A stretch of 64,000 nucleotides of DNA from Parcubacteria group bacterium Gr01-1014_31. GTDB taxonomy: Bacteria; Patescibacteriota; Patescibacteriia; Buchananbacterales; GWA2-38-13. The position numbers were made by a program, and so were the translations under genes. Under the pieces are notes generated by a model, which saw only the letters and a program-made list of their open reading frames with translations, searched no databases and was not told where the DNA came from. Shown piece by piece: positions 21,499-31,011 of this stretch. How positions within the stretch are numbered: position 1 is the first letter of the stretch; each line of letters starts with the position of its first letter. The DNA lies in assembly GCA_007376135.1 (NCBI GenBank), contig VMFR01000002.1, forward strand, positions 28,870-92,869. Direction: 5' to 3'.

Positions 21499-23451
21499 AT
21501 GTTTCATCGCGGTTGGCTCCTCATCATTTTGGCGAGCCTGCCCCTACCGGTCGCGGCGCAGGTCGTCATCACGGAGATCGCGGCATTTGCGCCAACCGAC
21601 CACGAATGGGTGGAAATCTACAACGCCGGTCCCGCATTGGTCGATCTCACCGGCTGGAAATTCTGGGAAAATAGCACCAACCACGGCCTGACGGCATTCC
21701 AAGGGGACGGAACGCTGGCCCCGGGAAATTTTGCCATCATCGCGCAGAAAGCCGACGTATTTTTTGCCGACCACCCGGAAGTGGCGGGGCTGGTTTTTGA
21801 CAGCTCCTGGAGCAGTTTGAAAGAAGCAGGGGAAGAGATCGGACTGAAGGATAGCGCCGGAACAGTGGTCGAACTCTTCTCCTACCTCCCAGCGCCGGAG
21901 GCAACCCTCGGCAAGATCAACCTCACGCTCGACGACTACACGGACGCCAACTGGCACATGCAACCGGGACTAGGTACGCCGGGACAAGCCAATATTGCCG
22001 CCGCCGCACCCACACCGACGCCTTCACCCGAACCAACACCAACTCCCACGCCAAGCCCGACTCCTACGCCCACCCCGCTCCCGACGCCTACGCCGACGGC
22101 AACACCGACACCATCTCCGACCCCTCTGCCAACGCCGACTCCCAGCCGAGCGGTCGTCATTAACGAACTGATGACGGCGCCAACCGGCGGCCAGACCGAG
22201 TGGGTGGAACTCTCCAATCGCGGCGCAACAACCGCCGACCTGGAGGGGTGGACGCTGCAGGAAGGCTCCGGCGCGCGGCGCACGTTGCACGGCACCCTTG
22301 CTGCCGGCGGGTTTCTCGCGGTCACGCCGAGTGGCAGCCTCAACAACGGCGGCGAGCACATCCTCCTCCTAGATAACTCCCGCGTCGTCGTTGATGAGAT
22401 CGCCTATGGGGATTGGGACGACGGCAGTGTGAGCAACAACCCACCCGCGCCGCCATCCGGCGCGGTGCTGGCACGGAACGAGGAAAACATTTTTGTCGTG
22501 AGCGGAACTCCGACCCAGGGTCAAGCCAACCGCTTCACTTCAGTCGCACAACCGACGCCCGCGGTTTCGCCAAGCCCGCGCGCATCAGCAATGCCGCCAG
22601 CGCCAACCCCTCTGGCCACGCGAACACCAACCCCAACACCGACCGCGGGTGTTATCCCTGCAGCGACCGCAACTCCCCAACCATTGCCAACAGCACCAAA
22701 GCCGAACACATCCTCGGCAACCCCGGCTCCGGCACGAACGCCCGAGATTCGCGGCAGCCAACGCGTGCAAACGACAGCGGCGGCGCGCGCGGCAGCAGCC
22801 GACACAGCGCTCACGGTCGTTGGCACCGTCACCGCGCTGCCGGGCATGCTGGGCAGCCAGATCGCGTACCTGGCCGACGACACCGGCGGCCTGCAACTCT
22901 ACCAGTACCACAAACAATTCCCGCCGCTGCGCCTTGGCGACACGGTCGAGGTCAGTGGCATCAGGTCGGTGGTGAACGGCGAGGCCCGGTTGAAGCTGGC
23001 GAACGCCGATGCCGTACGAACCCTGGGAAACGGCGAAGTAACGGCGGCGGCGACAACAACCGCGGCCGCCTTGTCCGAACTGCCGCCGGGAATGCTGGTT
23101 ACTCTGCAAGGCGAGGTTACCGGCCGCGACGACTCATCCTTCGTGCTGGACGACGGCACGGACGAAACCACTGTGACCATGTGGCGGGATGCCGCCAGCG
23201 AGGCCTGGCCGATGCTGGGGGCGCAGGTCGCCGTCACCGGCATCTGGCAAATGACCGACGACGCCAATCGGTTAAGGCTGCGGCAACCCGACGACCTGGA
23301 CATCCTGACGGTACCCGCGACAGCGCCAACCGCCGGGACTACCAGACAAACATTTCCCCGCTATGCCCTTGCCGCGGGCGTGGCGGTGGTGGTCGCAGTT
23401 GCCGGCATTGCCGCCCGCCGCCGCGCCGCGACACCTCCACCGCCGGCGTGA
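21499..23451 (+). CDS. secreted lamin-tail-domain (LTD) protein with Pro/Thr linkers, OB-fold-like domains and C-terminal TM anchor
   Basis: ATG at 21499 gives signal peptide [21 protein letters not shown]. Two LTD units (VVITEIAA...EWVEIYN and AVVINELM...EWVELSN) are separated by (PT)n linkers. Two OB-like segments follow, then a C-terminal TM ([16 protein letters not shown]). Confidence 0.65.
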   Translation: MFHRGWLLIILASLPLPVAAQVVITEIAAFAPTDHEWVEIYNAGPALVDLTGWKFWENSTNHGLTAFQGDGTLAPGNFAIIAQKADVFFADHPEVAGLVFDSSWSSLKEAGEEIGLKDSAGTVVELFSYLPAPEATLGKINLTLDDYTDANWHMQPGLGTPGQANIAAAAPTPTPSPEPTPTPTPSPTPTPTPLPTPTPTATPTPSPTPLPTPTPSRAVVINELMTAPTGGQTEWVELSNRGATTADLEGWTLQEGSGARRTLHGTLAAGGFLAVTPSGSLNNGGEHILLLDNSRVVVDEIAYGDWDDGSVSNNPPAPPSGAVLARNEENIFVVSGTPTQGQANRFTSVAQPTPAVSPSPRASAMPPAPTPLATRTPTPTPTAGVIPAATATPQPLPTAPKPNTSSATPAPARTPEIRGSQRVQTTAAARAAAADTALTVVGTVTALPGMLGSQIAYLADDTGGLQLYQYHKQFPPLRLGDTVEVSGIRSVVNGEARLKLANADAVRTLGNGEVTAAATTTAAALSELPPGMLVTLQGEVTGRDDSSFVLDDGTDETTVTMWRDAASEAWPMLGAQVAVTGIWQMTDDANRLRLRQPDDLDILTVPATAPTAGTTRQTFPRYALAAGVAVVVAVAGIAARRRAATPPPPA

Positions 23452-23471
23452 ACTTTGCTATACTGGTGCCT

Positions 23472-23672
23472 ATGAATATCCGCTTTAACCAAATCGTCAC
23501 CACCGGCGACTGGGTGAAGATCGGCATCCTGCTGGGCATCGCCATTATCGCCTGGTACTACGTGTTCACCATCTACTCCCAGCCGCTGGAATTGGCCAAC
23601 GATATTGAATTACAGCGTCTCCACCAGCAGTACGAGTATTCCAAGCAGCCGCCATTGGCACCAGCCGAATGA
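23472..23672 (+). CDS. small single-pass membrane protein (paralog 1)
   Basis: 66-aa ORF: MNIRFNQIVTTGDWVKIGILLGIAIIAWYYVFTIYSQPLELANDIELQRLHQQYEYSKQ. ATG is 21 nt after the LTD-gene stop. Confidence 0.45.
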   Translation: MNIRFNQIVTTGDWVKIGILLGIAIIAWYYVFTIYSQPLELANDIELQRLHQQYEYSKQPPLAPAE

Positions 23673-23923
23673 TTCCATCTATGCGCAAAGCACGCCGCGC
23701 GTCGCTCCGCTGGTCCGATTGGGTCAAGGTCGGAATCGTCATGGCCGCCGCGCTGCCGGCATGGTACTACGTGGACCGCGCGTACCAGGAACCGTTCGAC
23801 CTAGTCTCCGAAGTTCGCCGCCAACAGCTGGTCGCCGACTACGAGAGCACCTCGCCGCTGGTGCGCCGGATTCCCCTGGCCGGCGGCGGGCAATCGCCCA
23901 CAATCCAGCTCCCCACCCGCTGA
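23669..23923 (+). CDS. small single-pass membrane protein (paralog 2)
   Basis: 84-aa ORF: ...WSDWVKVGIVMAAALPAWYYVDRAYQEPFDLVSEVRRQQLVADYESTS. Shares the DWVK(I/V)GI...AWYYV...Y(S/Q)(Q/E)P(L/F)(E/D)L...YE(Y/S)(S/T) pattern with paralog 1. Its ATG overlaps the upstream stop (ATGA). Confidence 0.45.
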   Translation: MIPSMRKARRASLRWSDWVKVGIVMAAALPAWYYVDRAYQEPFDLVSEVRRQQLVADYESTSPLVRRIPLAGGGQSPTIQLPTR

Positions 23924-23931
23924 CCGAGGGC

Positions 23932-23960
23932 TTGAAAAAACTCCCTCCCTGCCGTATACT
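23932..23960 (+). promoter_or_regulatory. promoter (TTGAAA-17-TATACT) for tRNA-Gly
   Basis: TTGAAA at 23932-37 and TATACT at 23955-60. The tRNA starts ~20 nt downstream. Confidence 0.5.
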
Positions 23961-23979
23961 GCCCACTACGTTGTCTTCC

Positions 23980-24054
23980 GCGGGTGTCGTATAACGGCTA
24001 TTATGCCACCTTGCCAAGGTGGAGACGGCGGTTCGACTCCGCTCACCCGCTCCA
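23980..24054 (+). tRNA. tRNA-Gly (anticodon GCC), CCA encoded, atypical AT-rich D-arm
   Basis: GCGGGTG...CCACCTTGCCAAGGTGG...GGCGGTTCGACTCCGCTCACCCGCTCCA. Perfect 7-bp acceptor stem, anticodon loop TTGCCAA, T-loop TTCGACT. Confidence 0.8.
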
Positions 24055-24056
24055 TC

Positions 24057-24087
24057 AAAAAATCAGCGCTTCCGCGCTGGTTTTTTG
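24057..24087 (+). terminator. bidirectional rho-independent terminator (tRNA-Gly / adenosine deaminase convergent pair)
   Basis: AAAAAATCAGCGCTTCCGCGCTGGTTTTTT. Confidence 0.65.
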
Positions 24088-24107
24088 TTGCTTGCGGGAC
24101 GGGCGCG

Positions 24108-25151
24108 CTACAACTGCAGTTTGCTGTCCGCACTGCCGTTCGGCTTGACGAAGGTAACGCGAAACGCATTCTCCTTGACGCGCTCCAGTTCGGCGCGGGA
24201 AAAGACCTCCTGCTCTTCGAGCAGCTGCAGCTCGTGGGTGAGGTTGGTGCCATGCATCTCGGGGCCATCGGTGTTGATGGTCAGGGTAACGCCGGCTTCC
24301 AGCAGCGTGCGGTAGGCGTGGCGCAGCTGGGCCCAGGTCTTGAAGATGCCGATGTTGAGGTTGCTGGTCGGGCACAGCTCGAGCGCGATCTTTTGCTCGG
24401 TCAGCTTGTCCATCAGCTTGGGGTCGGTCGCGGCCCGGATGCCGTGCCCGATACGGTGCGGCTGGATCTTATCCACCACCAGGCGCATCTCGGCCGGGTC
24501 CCCTTCCTCGCCGGTATGGATGGTCACGCCAAACCCGCGCCGCTTGGCATCCACGAACAGGTCCACGTATTCTTCCATCTTGAAGTGGTCATCCTGCGGG
24601 CCGGCCACGTCCACGCCGATGACGCCGCGATTCTGATACTTGCAGGCCTTCTCGTACAGCGTCGTGTTGAGCTTGTAGTCAAAGCTGCGATCCAATTCAA
24701 AGATGATGCCGGCCTGCACCATCGGGTATTCCAACAGCGCGCGTTCCACGCCGTTGATGACCGACAAGATAATGTAGTCAAGGTCGCGCTCGCCGGCGCG
24801 GTTGCGCTTGGCGGGGTTAAAACGCAGTTCATGCAGCACCACGTTGTTGGCGCGATAGGCGCCGCCGATGACGTTGCGCACCGCCGGCGACAGCGCCGAG
24901 GGCGACGACTGGATGAGCTCGCACAATTTGTAGTATTTCTCATCGAGCCGGCGCATACCGCCGCCGTCCCGGAACGGCTCCTTAATGACCACCATGTTCT
25001 CAAACTCCCAATAGTCCTTGGTGGGCAGCTTCATCCCCTGGTCGTGAGCGATAGACCACAGGATGGACGGCGCCACCGACCCGCCCAAGTGCGTGTGCAG
25101 CTCGGCCAGACGAGGCCGCTGGGTGCCGGAAGAAAATGAGGTTGCTTCCAT
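24108..25151 (-). CDS. add: adenosine deaminase family protein
   Basis: ATG at 25151 gives MEATSFSSGTQRPRLAELHTHLGGS (metal-binding HxH). Also TIHTGEEG, HGIRA and TINTDGP motifs. The ORF-track N-terminal extension is a GC artefact. Confidence 0.8.
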   Translation of the reverse strand: MEATSFSSGTQRPRLAELHTHLGGSVAPSILWSIAHDQGMKLPTKDYWEFENMVVIKEPFRDGGGMRRLDEKYYKLCELIQSSPSALSPAVRNVIGGAYRANNVVLHELRFNPAKRNRAGERDLDYIILSVINGVERALLEYPMVQAGIIFELDRSFDYKLNTTLYEKACKYQNRGVIGVDVAGPQDDHFKMEEYVDLFVDAKRRGFGVTIHTGEEGDPAEMRLVVDKIQPHRIGHGIRAATDPKLMDKLTEQKIALELCPTSNLNIGIFKTWAQLRHAYRTLLEAGVTLTINTDGPEMHGTNLTHELQLLEEQEVFSRAELERVKENAFRVTFVKPNGSADSKLQL

Positions 25152-25158
25152 ACGTCGT

Positions 25159-26232
25159 TTACTCGTGATAGTTGGGCGCGGCGTGGATAATGGCGAGCGA
25201 GTGCGGGTGGGATTCCGCGCGGCCGGCCGGCGTGATCTGCACGAAATGCGCACGGCGCTGCAGTTCCGGCAAGGTCGCTGCACCCAGGTACCCCATGCCG
25301 CTCTTCAGGCCGCCGACGATCTGATACAGCGTGTCGGCAAGTTTCCCCTTGTACGGGGTGGCGGCCTCCACGCCCTCCGGCACATACTTTTTCGCCCCGC
25401 TCTGGAAGTACCGGTCCGAGCTGTTGCCGCCCTCCATCGCGCCGAGGCTCCCCATGCCGCGGTACGCCTTGAACTGCTTGCCGTCGATCGTCACCACGTC
25501 GCCGGGCGCTTCGTCGGTACCGGAAAGCATCCCGCCCAGCATCACGGCGCTCGCGCCGGCAGCCAACGCCTTGACCACATCCCCACTGTAGCGGATGCCG
25601 CCGTCGGCGATAACGGGGATGCCCTTGGCACGCGCGACTTTTACGACGTCCATGATGGCGGTGAGCTGCGGCACCCCGACGCCCGCCACCACGCGCGTGG
25701 TGCAGATGGAACCGGGCCCGACGCCGACCTTGATGCCGTCGGCAAGGGGCAGGAGCGCGCGGGCGGCCGCGGCCGTCACAATATTGCCGACAATGATCTT
25801 CGCTTTCACCTGCGCGCGCACCTTCGCGATGGTCGCGATCAATTCCGGTTTATGGACATGGGCAGAATCGAACACAAGGACGGTGACCCCGGCACGGTCC
25901 AGCGCCAGCGCACGGGTAACGTCGCGCGGGCCCACGGCGGCGGCAACGTGCTTGCCGCCGGCATTGGCAATAGCGGTTTTCACCATGGCCACCTGTTCTT
26001 CGATGGTGCAATTGCGGTGCAGTACCCCGAGTCCGCCGGCATTGGCCATCGCCGCGACCATGGTGGCGCCGGAAACGGTATCCATCGCGGCCGATAGCAC
26101 GGGAATATCCAACGGCAACCCCCGCGCAGCCATTGTACGAACGTCAGCCTGGGAAGGGCTGACGCTGCTTTCCTGCGGGATAAGCAGGACATCATCAAAC
26201 GTGAGGCCAAGAGGGATACGGGTTGACGGCAT
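25159..26232 (-). CDS. guaB: IMP dehydrogenase, CBS-subdomain-less form
   Basis: [13 protein letters not shown], catalytic [17 protein letters not shown], and the IMPDH flap [21 protein letters not shown]. The CBS pair is replaced by a short linker. C-terminus ESHPHSL...APNY. Confidence 0.8.
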   Translation of the reverse strand: MPSTRIPLGLTFDDVLLIPQESSVSPSQADVRTMAARGLPLDIPVLSAAMDTVSGATMVAAMANAGGLGVLHRNCTIEEQVAMVKTAIANAGGKHVAAAVGPRDVTRALALDRAGVTVLVFDSAHVHKPELIATIAKVRAQVKAKIIVGNIVTAAAARALLPLADGIKVGVGPGSICTTRVVAGVGVPQLTAIMDVVKVARAKGIPVIADGGIRYSGDVVKALAAGASAVMLGGMLSGTDEAPGDVVTIDGKQFKAYRGMGSLGAMEGGNSSDRYFQSGAKKYVPEGVEAATPYKGKLADTLYQIVGGLKSGMGYLGAATLPELQRRAHFVQITPAGRAESHPHSLAIIHAAPNYHE

Positions 26233-26278
26233 ATGGGGAAAATCCAGTGGCTGTATCGTAGCAAAACCCAGCGGAAAT

Positions 26279-26764
26279 TCAAGCCGCCGGACGGGACGTG
26301 GCGGCCGTCAACGCGTAAAGCGCGACGCCGGCGGCGACGGCGACGTTGAGCGACTCCTTCGCCCCAGCCATCGGAATACTTACCACCGCATCACTGAACC
26401 GACGCACCGCCGGACTGACGCCGAAAACTTCATTGCCCACGACCAGCGCCAGCGGGTAGCGCGGATGAAAGTCCGGCAACGCTATGCTGCCGCGCGCGCG
26501 TTCCAGCGCGATAATACGGACGCCGACCTTGCGGAGCCGCCGCAGCAGCGGCAGCACTTGCCGGCAATGTTCCCACGGGACCGTTGTTTCCGCCCCCAGC
26601 GCGGTCTTGGCAATCTCCTTGCTGGGCGGCGTGCCGGTGTACCCGCACAGGTACAGCTTTGCTACGCCAAACGCATCAGAATTGCGAAACAACGCCCCGA
26701 CGTTATAGAGGCTGCGGATGTTATCGGCCACGAGAAAAATAGCGGGTACTGATTGCTTCGGCAT
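26279..26764 (-). CDS. SpoU/TrmH-family RNA 2'-O-methyltransferase (TrmL-like)
   Basis: 161-aa ORF with motif [13 protein letters not shown], the SPOUT knot motifs [13 protein letters not shown] and a VVGNEVFG-type motif. Confidence 0.65.
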   Translation of the reverse strand: MPKQSVPAIFLVADNIRSLYNVGALFRNSDAFGVAKLYLCGYTGTPPSKEIAKTALGAETTVPWEHCRQVLPLLRRLRKVGVRIIALERARGSIALPDFHPRYPLALVVGNEVFGVSPAVRRFSDAVVSIPMAGAKESLNVAVAAGVALYALTAATSRPAA

Positions 26765-26841
26765 GATGGCATGGTATCATATGGTTATACCATTGACCCT
26801 ACCCTTGCTTCCGGCTTCCGTATCTTTTATACTGTGTGTTC

Positions 26842-26926
26842 GCCCGGGTGGCGTAATCTGGTAGCCGCAGCTGACTTAAGATCAGCCGGGAGAAATCCCA
26901 TGTGGGTTCGATCCCCACCCCGGGCA
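26842..26926 (+). tRNA. tRNA-Leu (anticodon TAA), long variable arm
   Basis: GCCCGGGTGGCG...GCTGACTTAAGATCAGC...CGGGAGAAATCCCATGTGGGTTCGATCCCCACCCCGGGCA. Acceptor 7/7 bp, anticodon loop CTTAAGA. Confidence 0.85.
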
Positions 26927-26942
26927 TCTCGACATCAGTGTA

Positions 26943-27043
26943 GGTTTCCCGCCATCGATTAATATAGTAAATATAAGGTAGGCGGAACCTCACCGCATCC
27001 TGCGGGACCCCGGCGACGGCGGTGGCGACTCCCACCCCGGGCA
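26943..27043 (+). repeat. tRNA-associated structured repeat, copy C (downstream of tRNA-Leu-TAA)
   Basis: GGTTTCCCGCCATCGATTAATAT...GGTAGGCGG...GGGACCCCGGCGACGGCGGTGGCGACTCCCACCCCGGGCA. The last ~20 nt duplicate the 3' end of the adjacent tRNA (GATCCCCACCCCGGGCA). Confidence 0.6.
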
Positions 27044-27056
27044 TAGTATAAAACTT

Positions 27057-28166
27057 ATGAAAATACATGGAGGGAAGCGAGCGTTCCGTTATTTCATAGT
27101 CTTGGCCGCGCTGGTGTTAGCTGCCGGCTGCGCCCGCCAGCGGACGAACCGTCGGGCGGCGGCGCCTGCGGTGGCTCCAACGGCGGCGGTGGCCGCCACG
27201 CCCCAGCCAACGCCCCTGGACCAGGGGAAGATAACGGAATTCACGCTGGAGCATGGCGGCCGCACGCGCCGTTACCTGGTCCACGAACCGCTCAACGCAA
27301 AGACCGGCACCCCGCTGGCGGTGGTGTTGAGCCTGCACGGCGGCTCGGGCAACGCCGACGCCCAAGTTGCCATTAGCGGCCTCAACCTGGTCGCGGATCG
27401 TCGCGGCTTCCTTGTAGTCTACCCGGAAGGCACTGGCCCGAAATTAAAAGGAACAACGGTGGGGAGCTGGAATGCCGGCGGCTGCTGCCCGCCCGCCAAC
27501 GAACAGCAAGTGGACGACGTCGGATTCATCGCCGCGGTGCTTGACGACGTGGCAAAAAATTTCACCGTTGACCAACGGCGCATCTACGTCAGCGGCATTT
27601 CCAACGGCGCGCAAATGGCCTACCGCCTGGCGTGCGACCTCTCCGACCGCATCGCGGCCATCGCGCCGATCGCCGCCCAGGGGGTAATGCCCGACTGCGC
27701 GCCCAGCCGCGCGGTGTCGGTGTTGCACTTCCACGGCACGGCCGATCCCTGCGCCCTCTACGACGGCGGCACCTGCGGCGGCTGTTTCTCCAAATTCCTG
27801 GAAGAACTGGGGATTCCCAACGAACCGCGCACCTGGAGCTGCGAATCGGTACCGTCGTTCATGGCCAAATGGCGGGAGCGCAACGACTGCAACGACCTGC
27901 CGCAAGTCACGACCCAGCAAGGCGGGGCCACCTGCGTGACCTCACAGAAATGCCGTGGCAACTCCGAAGTGACGCTCTGCGCCATGGCCGGTATGGGGCA
28001 CACCTACCCCGGCCAGCAGTACCAACTGCCCGCCTGCGCGACCGACCCGGCCGGTTCGGTCTGCCAGCTCTACGGGCAAACCGTCGGCCCCGTCAGCAAC
28101 GACTTGGACGCCAACGAAAAGATGTGGGCTTTCTTCCAGCGCCATGCCCTGCCGCCGGGCGCTTGA
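27057..28166 (+). CDS. lipoprotein esterase of the PHB-depolymerase/LpqC family
   Basis: Signal peptide plus lipobox LVLAAGC. Nucleophile-elbow serine motif GISNGAQMAYRLA. Multiple Cys pairs. Confidence 0.6.
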   Translation: MKIHGGKRAFRYFIVLAALVLAAGCARQRTNRRAAAPAVAPTAAVAATPQPTPLDQGKITEFTLEHGGRTRRYLVHEPLNAKTGTPLAVVLSLHGGSGNADAQVAISGLNLVADRRGFLVVYPEGTGPKLKGTTVGSWNAGGCCPPANEQQVDDVGFIAAVLDDVAKNFTVDQRRIYVSGISNGAQMAYRLACDLSDRIAAIAPIAAQGVMPDCAPSRAVSVLHFHGTADPCALYDGGTCGGCFSKFLEELGIPNEPRTWSCESVPSFMAKWRERNDCNDLPQVTTQQGGATCVTSQKCRGNSEVTLCAMAGMGHTYPGQQYQLPACATDPAGSVCQLYGQTVGPVSNDLDANEKMWAFFQRHALPPGA

Positions 28167-28184
28167 TGGCTTTGCTAGATAGCA

Positions 28185-28217
28185 AAAACCGCGGCCCCGC
28201 TTTGGGGCCGCGGTTTT
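28185..28217. terminator. bidirectional terminator between convergent esterase and FBP aldolase/phosphatase genes
   Basis: AAAACCGCGGCCCCGCTTTGGGGCCGCGGTTTT. Confidence 0.6.
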
Positions 28218-28229
28218 ATGAATTGAATT

Positions 28230-29390
28230 CTACTGGCCGTCCTTCGCTTCCACCTTGGGTTTGCCCGGCGTGAAGCGGAACCGCTTCAGCAGGCCTTCCA
28301 CGGTATCGCGGAAACCACCGTACTCCAGTTCCGTGTAGGGCAGCATCGCCGCGCCCGACCAGCCTTGCGACCGCATCTCCATCCCCTTCTCCTGGGCGCG
28401 CAGCCGAACGGCGTCCCACGCGGGGTTATCGAAGAAATCCACGTGCATTTCGGAGAAGCGTCCGACCCCGTTGAGCGAGAACCCAACACACGACACCAGC
28501 GGCAGGCAGTACATCCCGGTCACCGCCGTGTTCAAGGCAACGGGCATCAGCGGCATGACGTGCGACCCGCGCGCATCGCCGCCCACGAAGTGCGCCTTGG
28601 CGAACGGCGACAGCATCTCCTCAGGCGCGGGGAAAATGCCCTGGTTGCGGACCAGCGCAATGGGATCGTCCTTGCCGGTGTACGTGCCCGCGATATTATG
28701 CAGCCGCTGGGTGGAAATGGACGCTGCCGGCTGGCCGTCGTAGGTGCGGGCATGGATGGCCGAAATGCCGAACCGCTCGTTGTCGCGCAGCAGTGCCGCC
28801 AGCTGGTAGTAGTCCTCCGGCGCATTGAGCTCGATGACCGAATCGCCGTCGGTGTTATCCATATCCACAATGGTGAAGCGGAACCCCTTGGTCAGCTTGG
28901 GCAGCATCAGGCCGGCGCAGTACATCGGGTCGGCGAACGCCAAGAACATCGGCAGGTTGTACGCTCCTGGGCCGCACTTGTCGGCGGCAAAGACGCAAAA
29001 ACTCTCCGAGGCGCGAACCTTATTGGTCTTGACGGGATTGTGGTCGAACGTCAACTCGGCCACCGCCGGACCGGCGCCGCGCAGGTTGCCCGACGGGGCA
29101 TCCACCAGCAGGTCCTGGCCGGCGCCATACAGCCCGGCTTCCGCCGCCACCGCGGTCGCCTTCAAAAAACTCTGCCAGGCGAACTGGTGCACGTCGGGAT
29201 CATTCTCGCCCTGCTCGTGCGACATGGTGATACAGATGTCGTCGCCGGTGTGCGACACGAACCCGTCGATGAGCAACCCCTTGGCCATCGCCGCCTTCAC
29301 CTCTTCCCGCACCGTAGCGATCATCGCGGCGGACGGCTGCGTGTGGCCGCCGATGGAACCGACATCGGCCTTGATCACGGACAACGTCAT
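28230..29390 (-). CDS. fructose-1,6-bisphosphate aldolase/phosphatase (class V FBPase, bifunctional)
   Basis: MTLSVIKADVGSIGGHT N-terminus plus AGQDLL, SGNLRGAGPAVAE, GPGAYNLP, FADP, GKDDP, RGSHVMPLMPV and DNPAWD. Start chosen at Met24 of the listed ORF. Confidence 0.85.
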   Translation of the reverse strand: MTLSVIKADVGSIGGHTQPSAAMIATVREEVKAAMAKGLLIDGFVSHTGDDICITMSHEQGENDPDVHQFAWQSFLKATAVAAEAGLYGAGQDLLVDAPSGNLRGAGPAVAELTFDHNPVKTNKVRASESFCVFAADKCGPGAYNLPMFLAFADPMYCAGLMLPKLTKGFRFTIVDMDNTDGDSVIELNAPEDYYQLAALLRDNERFGISAIHARTYDGQPAASISTQRLHNIAGTYTGKDDPIALVRNQGIFPAPEEMLSPFAKAHFVGGDARGSHVMPLMPVALNTAVTGMYCLPLVSCVGFSLNGVGRFSEMHVDFFDNPAWDAVRLRAQEKGMEMRSQGWSGAAMLPYTELEYGGFRDTVEGLLKRFRFTPGKPKVEAKDGQ

Positions 29391-29528
29391 GCGCATAGAC
29401 ATCACAACGATGATTAATTCTGATTTTTCCACTCTACCAAGAGTATGGCGGAACGGCAACCGTCACTGTCAACCCTCGACCGCGCTGGTCGCTGGCATCC
29501 TCCATGGGCCGGTGGTACAATATTCGGT

Positions 29529-29960
29529 ATGACCTACTCGCAAAAACCCTGGCGTGCCCACACCACGCTGACCTGGGCCATCGTTCTGAGCTTATCGGTC
29601 GCCACGTTCGGCGGCCTGATCGCCATCGCATCGCTGGCGGTCGGCATGACGCCGTGGGAGGTGATCGTCGTGCGCCAAGTAGCCGCGCAACCCGCGGTCC
29701 CGACGGTAAACGGCGCCCTCCAGGTGTCCACCATCGATCAGATCTGCCTGGACGACAACGACTGCGCGTGGATCGGCACCCGCTGCGACAGCTGCAGCTG
29801 CGGTGACACGGTCAATGTGGCGACGGCCCAACGCTATGAGGACCAGCTGAAAACGCTCTGCGCAGACTACCGCGGCGCGGTGTGCGACTATAACTGCACC
29901 GCGACCAAACCGCGCTGCGTCAACCGCCGGTGCGTCTTGACAGAAAACCAACTACAATAA
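29529..29960 (+). CDS. small Cys-rich exported protein with N-terminal TM
   Basis: ATG at 29529 sits 9 nt after TACAAT. One TM, then a 10-Cys C-terminal domain (CLDDNDCAWIGTRCDSCSCGD...CADYRGAVCDYNCTATKPRCVNRRC). Confidence 0.4.
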   Translation: MTYSQKPWRAHTTLTWAIVLSLSVATFGGLIAIASLAVGMTPWEVIVVRQVAAQPAVPTVNGALQVSTIDQICLDDNDCAWIGTRCDSCSCGDTVNVATAQRYEDQLKTLCADYRGAVCDYNCTATKPRCVNRRCVLTENQLQ

Positions 29961-29966
29961 GATCCC

Positions 29967-30659
29967 ATGCGCCCCTGGCGCGCGTACAAATCGCTGGAAT
30001 GGTTCCTCTTCACCGGCTTTGCGATGGCCGGTTTTGTTGCACTGGTGGCAATAATGGTCCTTGCCCTCAAGATTCCCGGACAGCGCATGTTCATCGGCTT
30101 AGTTTCCACACCGACTGTGACGCCATCACTCGCGCCAAGCCCGCTGGACACCACCGGCTGGCAAATATACCGGAATCTAAAGTACAACGTTGAATTCCAA
30201 TACCCGAACGAGTATATTCTAAAACAAGTTTCAGATGGATACATACTCATACGGCCACCGGACGCGACGGAATATGACTGGTTGCTGAGCATTCAGATTG
30301 AACCACCTGTAGGATTTGCCACGGTGAACCCCTCTTTCAGCGAGGCTGCTGATGCGGTTAAATTGTTCTGTGCTGCTGACGGGCCAGGCGGCTCAAAATA
30401 CTGCGACGACATTCTCCTGAAAACTCCGTTCAAGAATAGGTACAATATTGATGGATATGAAATGTACCTTAACGAGATACAAGAAGTGGGAGGGGAAATT
30501 ATTGAAAAAAGACGTAGGGGTCCCGTCTTTGTGCTGAATATATCGCCAAATGTCCCTCAACGAATGTTTACAATTGAATTTACTGAGACTGAAAAACAAA
30601 CGCCACTCAATGAGATGATCCTTAGAAAGATTTTAGACACGGTAAAAATCAGCCAATAA
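29967..30659 (+). CDS. membrane-anchored hypothetical protein (C-terminal half low-GC)
   Basis: 230-aa ORF with an N-terminal TM and a Pro/Thr/Ser linker. GC falls to ~40 % after ~30200. Confidence 0.45.
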   Translation: MRPWRAYKSLEWFLFTGFAMAGFVALVAIMVLALKIPGQRMFIGLVSTPTVTPSLAPSPLDTTGWQIYRNLKYNVEFQYPNEYILKQVSDGYILIRPPDATEYDWLLSIQIEPPVGFATVNPSFSEAADAVKLFCAADGPGGSKYCDDILLKTPFKNRYNIDGYEMYLNEIQEVGGEIIEKRRRGPVFVLNISPNVPQRMFTIEFTETEKQTPLNEMILRKILDTVKISQ

Positions 30660-30664
30660 TTACA

Positions 30665-30693
30665 TTGACGCCAACCAAAACCGGCGCTACCAT
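30665..30693 (+). promoter_or_regulatory. promoter (TTGACG-17-TACCAT) driving the FMN riboswitch/rib operon
   Basis: Predicted TSS ~30700, immediately before the riboswitch P1 stem. Confidence 0.45.
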
Positions 30694-30711
30694 ACCCACA
30701 CAAACTAACAT

Positions 30712-30850
30712 TTCCTTCGGGGCAGGGTGCGGTCCGACGAACGTCGGACCAATTCCCAATCGGTGGTACAGCCCACGAGGTCCGATGTACATCGGACCAT
30801 GATCCGGTGAAACTCCGGAGCCGACGGTACAGTCCGGATGAAAGAAGGAA
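30712..30850 (+). ncRNA. FMN riboswitch (RFN element)
   Basis: GGGGCAGGGTG...ATTCCCAATCGGTGGTACAGCCCACGAG...GATCCGGTGAAACTCCGGAGCCGACGGTACAGTCCGGATGAAAGAAGGAA. P1 stem TTCCTTC/GAAGGAA. Followed by a terminator and two near-identical GGGGAGG hairpins before the ribE RBS. Confidence 0.85.
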
Positions 30851-30889
30851 TCTTTCCTGATTTTTCGTAGTTTCAGGAAACCGACGAAT

Positions 30890-30912
30890 GCCCCGAAGAC
30901 CTCGGGGTTTTA
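30890..30912 (+). terminator. riboswitch expression-platform terminator
   Basis: GCCCCGAAGACCTCGGGGTTTTAT. Confidence 0.6.
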
Positions 30913-31011
30913 TAATTTCCTCCCCTTACGAAGGGGAGGTGAGGAGGGGTCAACGGATACACTTCTTCACCCCCTCTAGCTCCCCCTTCGCAAGGGGGAG
31001 AAAACAGATGT

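Noticed and set aside
22413-23672. 419-aa Arg/Gly/Ala-rich ORF in an alternative frame across the LTD gene
   Set aside because: Low-complexity RGRGG-type translation typical of the wrong frame in GC-rich DNA. Only its last 66 codons (an independent small TM ORF with its own ATG) were kept.
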